A stretch of DNA of 64,000 nt from positions 18,712 through 82,711 of the forward strand of contig JBAXSC010000003.1 in NCBI GenBank assembly GCA_037130925.1, in the 5' to 3' direction. This DNA comes from Candidatus Nomurabacteria bacterium. Its GTDB lineage: Bacteria; Patescibacteriota; Minisyncoccia; Phycocordibacterales; UBA5272. Numbering within the stretch: the first letter of the stretch is position 1; the number at the start of each line of letters is the position of its first letter. The notes under the pieces are model-generated. The model made no database searches, was not told where the DNA came from, and was given only the letters and a program-made list of their open reading frames with translations. Positions 18,812-28,529 of the stretch are shown here, one piece after another. Both the position numbers and the translations under genes were made by a program.

Positions 18812-20089
18812 ATGAATTTAAAGAAAATAATAAATAATTTTTTTTCATACTCATTAATACTAAGTATTATGGTATCTATTTTTATTTTATCTCCACAAAA
18901 AAGTGCAAAAGCTGAGATAGTTTTATGCGTTAACTCCAGTATAAAGGATTATCTAATGATAGATAGTCAATACACATGTCCAAGTGGTTATGTAGTGCAA
19001 AAATCCGCTTTCGATCCAACTGGTTATAGTTTTAATACTACATACGATCCAACATTAGCCAATGATACAAATATTACCGCTACATCAACAAATAGTAAAG
19101 CTGCTAATTCAGGATCTGGTAATGGAACGGTTATTAGCCCTACAGACAGTACAGGAAATTCGGTTGATCCTTTAAGTTCTGTGCAAGATATTCCTGTCAA
19201 ACAAGAAACAATAATAAATCCTGATCCTATTCTTGCTTCTGGTCCTTTCCTAACATTAGATCCTACAGATTATCCTTATTGCGTATCTCTTGGTCATGAT
19301 CTATTTTATGGTTCTAAAGATTCAAATACAAAAGGTGATATATCTGCATTACAAAGCTATTTAACAGATAGAGGCTTTTTAGAAACAGGAGCAACTGGAT
19401 TTTTTGGTAGAGCAACAGAATGGGGTGTAAAAAGATTTCAATATATAAATCAAATAACAGTGAGTGGTGTAGTATCTAGTGATATGAGAGATGTGTTAAA
19501 AGAGTTAACTTGTGTTAAATATCCTAAAGTCACTTATGTAGACAAACCTCTTTCTCCTTCTCAGATACAATATACAAAGTTATTAACAAAGGCTCCAAAG
19601 ACAAGTCAAGGAGCTAAAAAACCTGTTATTAAAAAAGTTACAATAATACCAACTACCAAATCTACTACAGCTGTTGAGGTTCCTGTTATAAATAATTATG
19701 TTTCAGTAACGCCTGCACCAAATACTACAAATCAAATACAGTCTAATAATGGTCCAATTTTAAATAATAGTAAACTTTCTTCTTTGGGTGGTACTATATC
19801 TTTTGCTAAATCTAATAGACTTTATTTTACATTCAATACTAATTCTAGTAATGCAAGTATATGTATAAATATAGGAAATGCGGATTGTTCTGTAAGTTCT
19901 AATTATAAGACTTTAACTAATGGTGTAAACGGAAGTCTTTATGAGGCAACTAATTTGTCAGGTCAATGGGCTTTTACTATTTATGGTAATCAAACATGGG
20001 GCTCAACAGGAAATAAAATTAATCTTTTCTTAAAAGATAATCCAAATTCAAATGTAATTTCTGTTTATACTGTAATACTTTCAAATTAG
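18812..20089 (+). CDS. Secreted protein with peptidoglycan-binding (PG_binding_1-like) domain
   Basis: Signal-like N-terminus; GDISALQSYLTDRGFLETGATGFFGRATEWGVKRFQ. Confidence 0.5.
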   Translation: MNLKKIINNFFSYSLILSIMVSIFILSPQKSAKAEIVLCVNSSIKDYLMIDSQYTCPSGYVVQKSAFDPTGYSFNTTYDPTLANDTNITATSTNSKAANSGSGNGTVISPTDSTGNSVDPLSSVQDIPVKQETIINPDPILASGPFLTLDPTDYPYCVSLGHDLFYGSKDSNTKGDISALQSYLTDRGFLETGATGFFGRATEWGVKRFQYINQITVSGVVSSDMRDVLKELTCVKYPKVTYVDKPLSPSQIQYTKLLTKAPKTSQGAKKPVIKKVTIIPTTKSTTAVEVPVINNYVSVTPAPNTTNQIQSNNGPILNNSKLSSLGGTISFAKSNRLYFTFNTNSSNASICINIGNADCSVSSNYKTLTNGVNGSLYEATNLSGQWAFTIYGNQTWGSTGNKINLFLKDNPNSNVISVYTVILSN

Positions 20090-20152
20090 TTTCTGTATTT
20101 TAGTGATTATTTAGTATTTTATATTTTTTGTATTTTCTGTTAAATTGTATAT

Positions 20153-21979
20153 ATGAATAATTCTATTTTTAAAAATGTTTACACAGAGAAAGATTTAAAT
20201 AATTTAAAGCGTCTTATAACAAAAGACGCTGATTTGTATAAAGAAATCGAGGAAATAAGAAAAGAAATGAGTAAAAAGCAAAAATTTCTTGGTGCGAAAA
20301 CTCTAGTACAAAAGATTTTAAATCTCGAGAAAAAAGCTCATGAGAGAGGTAAGACAAAAACTCCTACAAATAGTGAGATACTTTTAATGTTTCAAAATCG
20401 TATTTCTGATGGTAGAGAAGTTTTAGAAGAAGAAAGAAAAAAAGAAATAGAGCAACTTTTAAAAAGATTAAAAGTTCGTAGTAATTCTGGTGTGACTGTA
20501 GTTTCTCTTCTTACAAAGCCATATCCTTGCCCTGGAAGATGTATTTACTGTCCTACTGAGGCTCGTATGCCAAAATCTTATTTATCAAAAGAGCCTGCTG
20601 CGGCGAGAGCTTTAGCAAATAATTTTGATCCTTATTTACAAATGACTTCAAGACTTAAAGCTCTTGAAATGAATGGTCACCCAGTTAATAAATTGGAAAT
20701 CATTGTAATTGGTGGAACTTTTGATTTTTATAAAAAAGATTATCAAGAATTTTTCCTTAAAGAAATTTTTAGAGCAGCAAATGATTATTTTAAAGATAAA
20801 GAATCAGAATCATTTTCTTCTAGTTTTCTTAATTCTAAAAAAATAAGACAAAAACTTTTGAAAGTTAATTCTGGATCAAATCTAGATAAAACTATTTTAG
20901 AATTACAAAAAGAAAATGAAACAGCAGAATGTAGGATTATAGGTATTTCAACTGAGACAAGACCGGACTATATTAATTTTGAAACTCTAAATTGGCTTCG
21001 TTATTTAGGTGTGACAAAAATTGAGATAGGAGTTCAACATTTAGATGATCATGTTCTTGATTTTAATGCTAGAGAAATGACAAGAGAAAGTATTGCAAAT
21101 GCTACAGAAGTAATGCGTTCTGCTGGATTTAAATTTGTCTATCATATAATGCCAAATCTTCCAGAATCAAATATTGAAATGGATGTTCAAATTTTTAAAG
21201 ATCTTTATAATTCAAAAGATTTTCATCCTGACATGCTCAAAATATATCCGTGTGTGATTTTGAAGACTAGCTTACTTTATAAAATGTTTACTAAAAAACT
21301 TTATAAAGATAAAAGTGGAGAAATTATTCCATTTAATTACCAGCCGTACGACGATGAGACTTTGATAAAAGTTTTAGCGGATTCAGAAAAAGAAATAAAA
21401 AATTATACGAGATTGATACGTATGATCCGTGATATTCCGGCGACATATATTTTAGCTTCCTCAAAGAAGTCTAATATGCGTGAATTAGTTGATCAATATC
21501 AAAAGAAAGATAATTTTGTTCAGCAAGATATTAGATCAAGAGAAATCCGTGATACTGAAGTTGATGAAAAAGATTTTGAATTACGTGTCACAGAATATGA
21601 TACTGTTTATGGTAGAGAATATTTCTTAGAATATATAAATAAAAATGATAATGATAAGCTTGCTGGATTTTGTAGATTAAGATTACAGAGTGATCATTTT
21701 GATAATGAATTAGTAAAATATGAAAATTTAAAGCCTTTAGCTGATAAATGTGCATTAATAAGAGAGCTTCATGTATATGGAACTGTAAAAAGATTTGGAG
21801 AGGAGGGGACTCAAGCTCAACATGTCGGATTTGGAAAAAGATTAATGATGGAAGCAGAAAGAATATCAAAAGAAAAAGGTTATAAAAAAATAGCTGTTAT
21901 TTCTGGAGTTGGTGTCCGTGAATATTATAAAAAAATCGGTTATCATTTAGACGGAACATACATGTTGAAAGAATTATAA
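20153..21979 (+). CDS. Elp3-like radical-SAM plus GNAT acetyltransferase protein
   Basis: CPGRCIYCP (CxxxCxxC) radical-SAM cluster motif, TIM-barrel region, C-terminal GNAT (IRELHVYG ... GFGKRLMMEAERISKEKGYKKIAV). Confidence 0.8.
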   Translation: MNNSIFKNVYTEKDLNNLKRLITKDADLYKEIEEIRKEMSKKQKFLGAKTLVQKILNLEKKAHERGKTKTPTNSEILLMFQNRISDGREVLEEERKKEIEQLLKRLKVRSNSGVTVVSLLTKPYPCPGRCIYCPTEARMPKSYLSKEPAAARALANNFDPYLQMTSRLKALEMNGHPVNKLEIIVIGGTFDFYKKDYQEFFLKEIFRAANDYFKDKESESFSSSFLNSKKIRQKLLKVNSGSNLDKTILELQKENETAECRIIGISTETRPDYINFETLNWLRYLGVTKIEIGVQHLDDHVLDFNAREMTRESIANATEVMRSAGFKFVYHIMPNLPESNIEMDVQIFKDLYNSKDFHPDMLKIYPCVILKTSLLYKMFTKKLYKDKSGEIIPFNYQPYDDETLIKVLADSEKEIKNYTRLIRMIRDIPATYILASSKKSNMRELVDQYQKKDNFVQQDIRSREIRDTEVDEKDFELRVTEYDTVYGREYFLEYINKNDNDKLAGFCRLRLQSDHFDNELVKYENLKPLADKCALIRELHVYGTVKRFGEEGTQAQHVGFGKRLMMEAERISKEKGYKKIAVISGVGVREYYKKIGYHLDGTYMLKEL

Positions 21980-21984
21980 AATAA

Positions 21985-22028
21985 AAATCTTTCATTATTA
22001 AAATAACAATGAAAGATTTTCTGTTTTT
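21985..22028. terminator. Bidirectional terminator
   Basis: 12-bp stem AAATCTTTCATT / AATGAAAGATTT followed by a T-run, between convergent genes. Confidence 0.75.
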
Positions 22029-22030
22029 TA

Positions 22031-22447
22031 CTAAGACACATATAATGCTTGTTCGTCATAACCGTTTAATAGTAAGTCTGTATCATCTTTTCTATTTTCT
22101 TCAACCAAAATTGGTTCTTTTTCGATGAAAACTTCTTTATTAAAAACTGCAGCAAAATCCGTCTCTCTTTTTTTACAATGCTCAAAGACAATAAGAAAAT
22201 CTTGTGAATAAACCCTATCGGTTATTGGATCTTCTTTGTAAGCAATAAATAATCGGATTTGTTTTTGTTTAAAAATAAAAGTTCTGCACTCATTATATCT
22301 TTCGATACTTATTTCTAAACCGTTTTCTGTTTGCTTTGTTTCAGCCTTAAAGCCTCCGAGAATGCCAACTTTTGGATGAGTTCCGCTTATTTCTAATACG
22401 TACTGATTATTTTTTTCGTTACGTATTGCAGGAGTTATTTTTCCCAT
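22031..22447 (-). CDS. Hypothetical protein
   Basis: 138-aa ORF with its own promoter and a long structured leader; no recognisable motif. Confidence 0.45.
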   Translation of the reverse strand: MGKITPAIRNEKNNQYVLEISGTHPKVGILGGFKAETKQTENGLEISIERYNECRTFIFKQKQIRLFIAYKEDPITDRVYSQDFLIVFEHCKKRETDFAAVFNKEVFIEKEPILVEENRKDDTDLLLNGYDEQALYVS

Positions 22448-22462
22448 GTGTTTAATTTTTAT

Positions 22463-22527
22463 TGTTATTTAATTTGGTGATTTTAAAGATCAAAATTTTA
22501 ATCCCTAAAATCACCAAACAATAACAA
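22463..22527 (-). promoter_or_regulatory. Long hairpin in the 5' leader of the 22031-22447 gene
   Basis: 13-bp perfect stem (22473-22485 / 22506-22518) extended by 7 bp (22463-22469 / 22521-22527); 20-nt loop. Confidence 0.5.
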
Positions 22528-22563
22528 ACAAAATATTTTTAACGAACTTATCAATCTGAATAT

Positions 22564-22591
22564 ATACTACATTTTTAAAATATTTTGTCAA
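22564..22591 (-). promoter_or_regulatory. Sigma70-type promoter for the 22031-22447 gene
   Basis: Minus strand reads TTGACA (22591-22586), 16-nt spacer, TAGTAT (22569-22564). Confidence 0.5.
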
Positions 22592-22656
22592 GTATTTATA
22601 TAAAAAACAAATATCCCATAAAAAATCAAAAAGACAAGTGTTTACACTATTTTCTT

Positions 22657-22667
22657 TATGATATAAT
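22657..22667 (+). promoter_or_regulatory. Extended -10 promoter, TATGATATAAT
   Basis: 11-mer upstream of the 22730 gene. Confidence 0.6.
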
Positions 22668-22729
22668 TTATCCATTACAAAATTGGGTGTTTTCTTGTGT
22701 TTAGCAAGAAAAGTTTAATAAAATAAATT

Positions 22730-25183
22730 ATGAAAAAAATAAGTCTTAATGATAATAAAGATAATAAATTTTTGAGATGGACTATCTACATCTCACTTGC
22801 TATTATTCCGTTTCTAGCATTTTACGTTTCTGGATTTGGTATGAATCTCTCATGGAATTCAATGCTATTCCCATATATTTCTGGAAAGAATTTCGCTTTC
22901 AGAATTTTAGTTGAGATTGCTGCAGCAGCTTGGCTAATGCTTATGATTATTAATAAAGAATATAGACCTAAGAAGTCATTTATAATTTGGGCATATTCAG
23001 CTTTTATTTTTGTTTTATTATTGGCTGATATTTTCTCTGTAAATCCTACACGCGCATTTTTCTCTAACTATGAAAGAATGGAAGGATTTATTTCACATGC
23101 TCATTTGTTCTTATATTTCTTGATTTTAGTATCAATGTTTAAGACTAAAGCGGCTTGGGATAAATATAAATCAGTATTATTTATTTCAAATATTCCTGTT
23201 TTGCTTTTAGCTTTCCTTCAATTGTTAGGCCTTTCTAGTTTTACTCCAATGAAATATTTACCAACTCTCCGTGATGCTATTCATAAGATTTTTGCACCTA
23301 CACAAGGAGGAAATCAATTAGATGCTTCATTGGGTAATTCTACTTATCTTGCTATATATACTGTATTTTTTGTTTTCTTGTTTTTGATTACTTATTTAGA
23401 AAATAAATTTGAAAAAGCAAAAAATAGCTGGATATATTTAGTAATGCTGATATTGAACTTGGTTGTACTTTACTATACACAAACTCGTGGAGCTCAAGTT
23501 GGTTTTGCTTTGGGTATATTTGTATCTGCTATTGTTATTTATTTTGGTGGTAAAAAATTCTCCGAATTAAAATTAATCAGAAATATTTCTTTAGGAATAG
23601 TTGCTGTATTATTAGTATCTTTTGTTGGGCTTATTTCTTTTAAAAATGCAAACTTTATTCAAAGTTCACCTACTTTAAATAGACTTGCTAAAGTTTCTTC
23701 TTTTGCGAATCCAATTTCTTTGTCTGGAAAGATAAGTGAAATTAAAACAGTGCTTTATAATCCAACTTCTACTTATCAAGATTTATTAGCAGTATCAGGT
23801 GATAGTACATTTACTTCACGTCTATTAAATATTAAAATGGCTTTAGCTGGAGCAAAAGATAGACCTTGGCTAGGATGGGGACAAGATAATTATTTTTATG
23901 TTTTTGCAAAACATAATGATGCTCGCATGTATGCTCAGGAGCCTTGGTTCGACAGAACACATAATGTATTTATGGACTGGCTAATTGCTGGAGGAATAAT
24001 TGGATTAATAGCTTATCTTGCACTTTATTTCTCAGCTATTTGGACAATGTGGTTTTCAAAATATTCCAAATCACATAAAAATACAAGAGCTGAATTTATC
24101 GAAAAAGCATTGTTGACTGGATTGTTGGTTGCTTATTTCGTTCATAATATTTTTGTGTTCGATAATTTAGTTTCTTATTTATTGTTCTTTATTGTTCTTG
24201 CTTATATTAATTTTTCTTTCAATAAATCTGTTTCAGAAAATATTGTATCTTTAGATAAAAAAGATGTTAAAAATAAAATGATTATTTGGGGTCCTGTTAT
24301 AGGAGTTGCGCTTTGTTTAGCTTTATATTTCTTAAATATAAACTACATAATGGCTAATAGAGATATTATTAATGGTCTTTCCCCTCAAGCACAAGCTGGT
24401 GAAAATCCTGTTCAAGCTCTCAGTAGAAGTCTTTTATCATTTGAAGCTGCTGCACAAATTGGCGGTATTGCTAAAATGGAAAGTCGTGAACAGCTCGCTC
24501 AGCAATCTTTGAGTCTTATCAATCAGATAAATAGTGCTGGTATTCCTCAAACACAAGAATATCTTCCTGTCTATCAAATGTTGGCAAATTATATTGATAC
24601 CACAAAAAAAGAGTATGTAGATGTTGTAGATATTAAGAATCCTGACCCAAGAAGTCTTTCTATTTATTCTGCATTCTTGAGAAATATAGGAGATGATGCT
24701 GACTCTCTTAAGTATGGGAAAATGGCTCATGATTACGCTCCAGAAAAACAAACTATTACTACAGAATATATTCAAGAATTATTGAGTAATAAAGATGTTA
24801 CTGCTGCAAATAAAATAGCAAAAGAAATGTATGAGAGTGATCCAAGTTATGAAGAGTCTCTAAATGTATACGCTCTTACAAATATTTATGTAAAAGATTT
24901 TGATACTGCAGAGAAATTATTAAAAAATACTGATGGAACTATCGCTGTAGATCAATCTGTTGCAGCTGCATATGTGGCAGTAAATGCACAAGATAGACTT
25001 ATTGGTATATTAAATAGTAATTTAAAAACTTCTCCTAATGATATTAATTCTATGGTTATACTGGCAAAAGTTTATGAAAATATTGGTAATAGATCACAAT
25101 CTATATCAATCTTAAACCATATTGCTGAAATTAGACCAGATCTTAAATCAGAAGTAGACAGTTATATTAAAACTTTAAAATAA
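22730..25183 (+). CDS. O-antigen ligase/polymerase-like polytopic membrane protein with C-terminal TPR repeats
   Basis: 817 aa, many TM helices, Wzy_C-like block YYTQTRGAQVGFALGIF, TPR-like C-terminal third. Confidence 0.6.
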   Translation: MKKISLNDNKDNKFLRWTIYISLAIIPFLAFYVSGFGMNLSWNSMLFPYISGKNFAFRILVEIAAAAWLMLMIINKEYRPKKSFIIWAYSAFIFVLLLADIFSVNPTRAFFSNYERMEGFISHAHLFLYFLILVSMFKTKAAWDKYKSVLFISNIPVLLLAFLQLLGLSSFTPMKYLPTLRDAIHKIFAPTQGGNQLDASLGNSTYLAIYTVFFVFLFLITYLENKFEKAKNSWIYLVMLILNLVVLYYTQTRGAQVGFALGIFVSAIVIYFGGKKFSELKLIRNISLGIVAVLLVSFVGLISFKNANFIQSSPTLNRLAKVSSFANPISLSGKISEIKTVLYNPTSTYQDLLAVSGDSTFTSRLLNIKMALAGAKDRPWLGWGQDNYFYVFAKHNDARMYAQEPWFDRTHNVFMDWLIAGGIIGLIAYLALYFSAIWTMWFSKYSKSHKNTRAEFIEKALLTGLLVAYFVHNIFVFDNLVSYLLFFIVLAYINFSFNKSVSENIVSLDKKDVKNKMIIWGPVIGVALCLALYFLNINYIMANRDIINGLSPQAQAGENPVQALSRSLLSFEAAAQIGGIAKMESREQLAQQSLSLINQINSAGIPQTQEYLPVYQMLANYIDTTKKEYVDVVDIKNPDPRSLSIYSAFLRNIGDDADSLKYGKMAHDYAPEKQTITTEYIQELLSNKDVTAANKIAKEMYESDPSYEESLNVYALTNIYVKDFDTAEKLLKNTDGTIAVDQSVAAAYVAVNAQDRLIGILNSNLKTSPNDINSMVILAKVYENIGNRSQSISILNHIAEIRPDLKSEVDSYIKTLK

Positions 25184-25198
25184 TATTATTTTAAATAA

Positions 25199-25233
25199 TA
25201 AAAAACTAGATATTATAAATATCTAGTTTTTTA
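25199..25233. terminator. Bidirectional terminator
   Basis: AAAAACTAGATAT / ATATCTAGTTTTT hairpin between convergent genes. Confidence 0.75.
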
Positions 25234-25246
25234 TTTTATTTTTTAA

Positions 25247-26506
25247 TTAAATATTTTCTACATTCCAGTTACTTTCTGCTTTTATTTCTGAGATATGAGT
25301 TTCTTTTTTATTGTTAATTATTTGTATCATTCCGACAACTCCGATCATGAAGGCATTATCTCCTGTGAGGCTTTTTTCTGGAATATTGAGATCAATATTT
25401 TCTTTATCTGTAAATTCTGTAAAACTTTTTCTTATAAAATTATTCGCTATTACTCCTCCTCCTATCAATAAAGTATTTGTACTATATTTTAATATTGCAT
25501 CACTTACTTTTTTAATTAATATTTCTGTCGTAGCATTTTCAAAATCAAGAGAAATCATATTTTTAATATTTTCTTCTGCCATATTTAAATCTTTCAGTTT
25601 TTGAATCGCATGAATCACTGCTGTTTTTAATCCAGAGAAAGAGAAATTTAAATCTTTAGAATTTATCATTGGACGAGTAAGTTTTAATTCTTTTATTATT
25701 TCTAATTTATTTTCTCGAGCCTGATCAGCTAAGTGAGATATTTCTGGTCCACCAGGATAGGGGAGACCGATAGATCTAGCTACTTTATCAAAAGCCTCTC
25801 CGACTGCGTCATCGACAGTTTGTCCTACTTTTTTGTATTTACTTTCTCCAAAATTTTCTACAAAAATAATCTCCGTATGTCCTCCAGATATAAGTAATGC
25901 TAGAGCAGGTGAAGAAATATTTTTTATTTTAAATCCATTATCTAATTTTGTGATTAATCCACTTACAATATGTCCCTCCATGTGATTGATAGGGTATACA
26001 GGCATGTCCCAGAATATTGATATGGCTTTTGTGAAATTTATTCCAACCCAGAGAGCTGGTGCGAGACCTGGTCCAGTTGTCACAGCTACCGCATCTATAT
26101 TTGGCTTTTCGATACTTAATAAAAGCTTTATTAATTCACTAAACATTTCAGACTCTCTTTCTAAGAGATTTCTAATCTTCTCTATTTTTTCATAATTAAA
26201 ATTATCTTTTAAAGACTCAAATATTTTCTCATTATCAGTATTCCAATCAATATTTAAATTAATATCTTTTTCTAAATATAGTCCTGATTCTTTTAGGCAT
26301 TCTGTGAAAATTCTAACGATATTTTTTGCATGCTCTCTTTTTGCAAGCATTGGAAAAACTCCTCCGAATTCACGGTGAATATTTATTTGTGACAAAATAT
26401 GATTTGAAAGTAAATTAAAAGAAATTTCTTCTTTCTTTTCTTTTTTAAAAGATAATATAGCTATCGCTGTCTCATCACAACTTGTCTCTATAGATAATAG
26501 ATTCAT
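25247..26506 (-). CDS. tsaD: tRNA N6-adenosine threonylcarbamoyltransferase TsaD (with internal insertion)
   Basis: MNLLSIETSCDETAIAIL, HMEGHI, GGGVIANN motifs; about 60-80 extra residues between the first and second conserved blocks. Confidence 0.85.
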   Translation of the reverse strand: MNLLSIETSCDETAIAILSFKKEKKEEISFNLLSNHILSQINIHREFGGVFPMLAKREHAKNIVRIFTECLKESGLYLEKDINLNIDWNTDNEKIFESLKDNFNYEKIEKIRNLLERESEMFSELIKLLLSIEKPNIDAVAVTTGPGLAPALWVGINFTKAISIFWDMPVYPINHMEGHIVSGLITKLDNGFKIKNISSPALALLISGGHTEIIFVENFGESKYKKVGQTVDDAVGEAFDKVARSIGLPYPGGPEISHLADQARENKLEIIKELKLTRPMINSKDLNFSFSGLKTAVIHAIQKLKDLNMAEENIKNMISLDFENATTEILIKKVSDAILKYSTNTLLIGGGVIANNFIRKSFTEFTDKENIDLNIPEKSLTGDNAFMIGVVGMIQIINNKKETHISEIKAESNWNVENI

Positions 26507-26540
26507 AATTTTATTTTTTCAATTATAGCAAAATATGAGG

Positions 26541-26575
26541 AAAATAAAAAAGACTATATTTCTATAGTCTTTTTG
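26541..26575 (-). terminator. Intrinsic terminator
   Basis: AGACTATA / TATAGTCT stem with flanking A/T runs, downstream of the 26587-26985 gene. Confidence 0.65.
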
Positions 26576-26586
26576 CTTAAATTAAG

Positions 26587-26985
26587 TTAATATCCATTAA
26601 AAACTTTTCTCATTTCTTCATAAATCTCTTTTGTTTCTGGATTTGAGATTAATTTTTCAAATTTCTTCTTTTTTTCTTCATTTGAGTCTATATATCTACC
26701 AGTTTTAAATAATCCAATTTTTACAGAAATAAAAATAGAAATTATAAAAGTTATTAATCCTATTAATAGAATTATAATTCCAGGACAAGAATCAAAAAAT
26801 AACATTGTGATAAAACCTGAAATGATTATAGAAGGACATAAATCTAATAAAAAATCATTTTGAATAATTAAATCATTCCAATAATTATCATAGATATTTA
26901 TTGCTATTTTTCTTTTTTTATTTGGAAGTTTTTCAATGTATTTAATTAATTTAATTTTCTGAAATGAAGATGTTGGAATTGGCAT
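26587..26985 (-). CDS. Small membrane protein
   Basis: 132 aa with two central hydrophobic helices. Confidence 0.4.
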   Translation of the reverse strand: MPIPTSSFQKIKLIKYIEKLPNKKRKIAINIYDNYWNDLIIQNDFLLDLCPSIIISGFITMLFFDSCPGIIILLIGLITFIISIFISVKIGLFKTGRYIDSNEEKKKKFEKLISNPETKEIYEEMRKVFNGY

Positions 26986-27010
26986 AATTACAAATTTTAA
27001 TTGTTATGAA

Positions 27011-27205
27011 TTATTCTCCGTCTTGGAAGAATCTTTTTGGCAGAAATGCTGTTATTATAGATGATAAAAATAATATGGCAGATATTATTAATAAATAAAA
27101 ACCTAATTCTTTATTATCTAAAAATGTACCAAGCATAAAGCTTATCATTGTTAAAAGTAATAAGCCTTCTAAAATTGATTGTCGATCCGATTTTTTTTCT
27201 TTCAT
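27011..27205 (-). CDS. Small membrane protein
   Basis: 64 aa with two hydrophobic helices. Confidence 0.35.
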   Translation of the reverse strand: MKEKKSDRQSILEGLLLLTMISFMLGTFLDNKELGFYLLIISAILFLSSIITAFLPKRFFQDGE

Positions 27206-27300
27206 TTTTATTTAATTTTGAGTGAACAATTTTGTTACTGAATATATTAAACAATAAATATAAATTTTTGTCTAAAAAATAGTCATTTTTGATATATTTT

Positions 27301-27316
27301 TAAACAAAGTGTTTAT
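27301..27316. promoter_or_regulatory. Palindromic operator-like site, copy 1
   Basis: TAAACAAAGTGTTTAT; near-identical to 28530-28545. Confidence 0.4.
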
Positions 27317-27324
27317 TTTAAGCA

Positions 27325-27717
27325 TTAAATAGATCTTAATTCTTTTCTTAAATTCTCAAATTCAGAATAATCTTGAAATAGTTCTTCTCCTTTTTTAATG
27401 TCTTTTATAGATATTATCAAAGTTTGATTTTTAACAGTTTTTTGAGAAATATTATTTATAGTTTTTGAATGATTGCAAAATCTTATATTATCAAAAGATA
27501 AATGCCAAATATTTTTTATTTTATCTTTATATCCATAATGTTTTATGAAGTCTCTTTCTATTTTGTCTAATTTTAACAGTTCTTTATTTTTTATAAATAG
27601 ATCTAAAGATTTATTTTGTTTATAAATTATCTTATTAGATTTTATATTTTCTTCAGCAAATAAACCAAGTCCTTTAATTTGTTTGCTATTGTCTATATAA
27701 GTTTTAACGAAAAACAT
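27325..27717 (-). CDS. SET-domain protein (putative lysine methyltransferase)
   Basis: IKGLGLFAEENIKSNKII, RFCNHSKTINN (NHS-x-x-N), IKKGEELFQDYSEF. Confidence 0.65.
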   Translation of the reverse strand: MFFVKTYIDNSKQIKGLGLFAEENIKSNKIIYKQNKSLDLFIKNKELLKLDKIERDFIKHYGYKDKIKNIWHLSFDNIRFCNHSKTINNISQKTVKNQTLIISIKDIKKGEELFQDYSEFENLRKELRSI

Positions 27718-27726
27718 AATTTTATT

Positions 27727-28449
27727 TTAGTAATTAAAATCTTTTGGTGAAAAAGGATTAAAATTTGTACCAATATCGTAAGTGTCCAAACCTTCTTTTT
27801 GCTTAATTATTTTTATTACTCTTTTTGTTATTGGAAGCATTAATATTTCCCAGAGAGTACAAAATACAACTACTGTAACAGTTAGAGGTATAAATTGAGA
27901 CCATGAATACCAGCCTAAAAACAAAACTCCAGATAAATTAAATATCGTATTATCAAAAGTTTGTCCGAATAATGTTGATAATATATATCTAGCACCTTCA
28001 TATTTGCCTTTAGTCCAGATTTTCATTTTTGCTAATATAAATGAATTAGTAAATTCTCCAGTAGAAAAAGCTGCGAGTGATGTTAAAACTAAAATAGGAG
28101 AACTTCTAAAAACAAAATTAAATTCATTGTTATGTGTAAAAGATGGATCTCCTGGAATCAATGAATATAAGTAAGCTATCAAACTCATAAAGAAAAAACA
28201 GAAAAATCCAGACCAGATAACTTTTCTAGAAATTCTGTATCCATAAATTTCTGTAAAGATATCATCTAAAATATAAGTGATAGGGTAAGTCAAGGTTCCT
28301 ACAGACCATAGAGTACCAAACATTCCAAATGTTTTAAAAGAAGTCATACTATTTATAATCCAATCAGAAAACCAAATTAATGCAAAAAATATTAGATATT
28401 TATGTCTATGTATAAAAGCTGTTTTTGGGTTTGTTATTAAATGTTCCAT
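27727..28449 (-). CDS. yhhQ: Queuosine-precursor transporter, YhhQ/DUF165 (VUT) family
   Basis: YPITYILDDIFTEIYGYRISRKVIWSGFF block and about 6 TM helices. Confidence 0.7.
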   Translation of the reverse strand: MEHLITNPKTAFIHRHKYLIFFALIWFSDWIINSMTSFKTFGMFGTLWSVGTLTYPITYILDDIFTEIYGYRISRKVIWSGFFCFFFMSLIAYLYSLIPGDPSFTHNNEFNFVFRSSPILVLTSLAAFSTGEFTNSFILAKMKIWTKGKYEGARYILSTLFGQTFDNTIFNLSGVLFLGWYSWSQFIPLTVTVVVFCTLWEILMLPITKRVIKIIKQKEGLDTYDIGTNFNPFSPKDFNY

Positions 28450-28529
28450 AATTTTATATATTTATTATAAGACTATTAAACAATAATCTTGTCAAATATA
28501 CAAAAAATCAGCTCTTTTTTCTTAATTTT

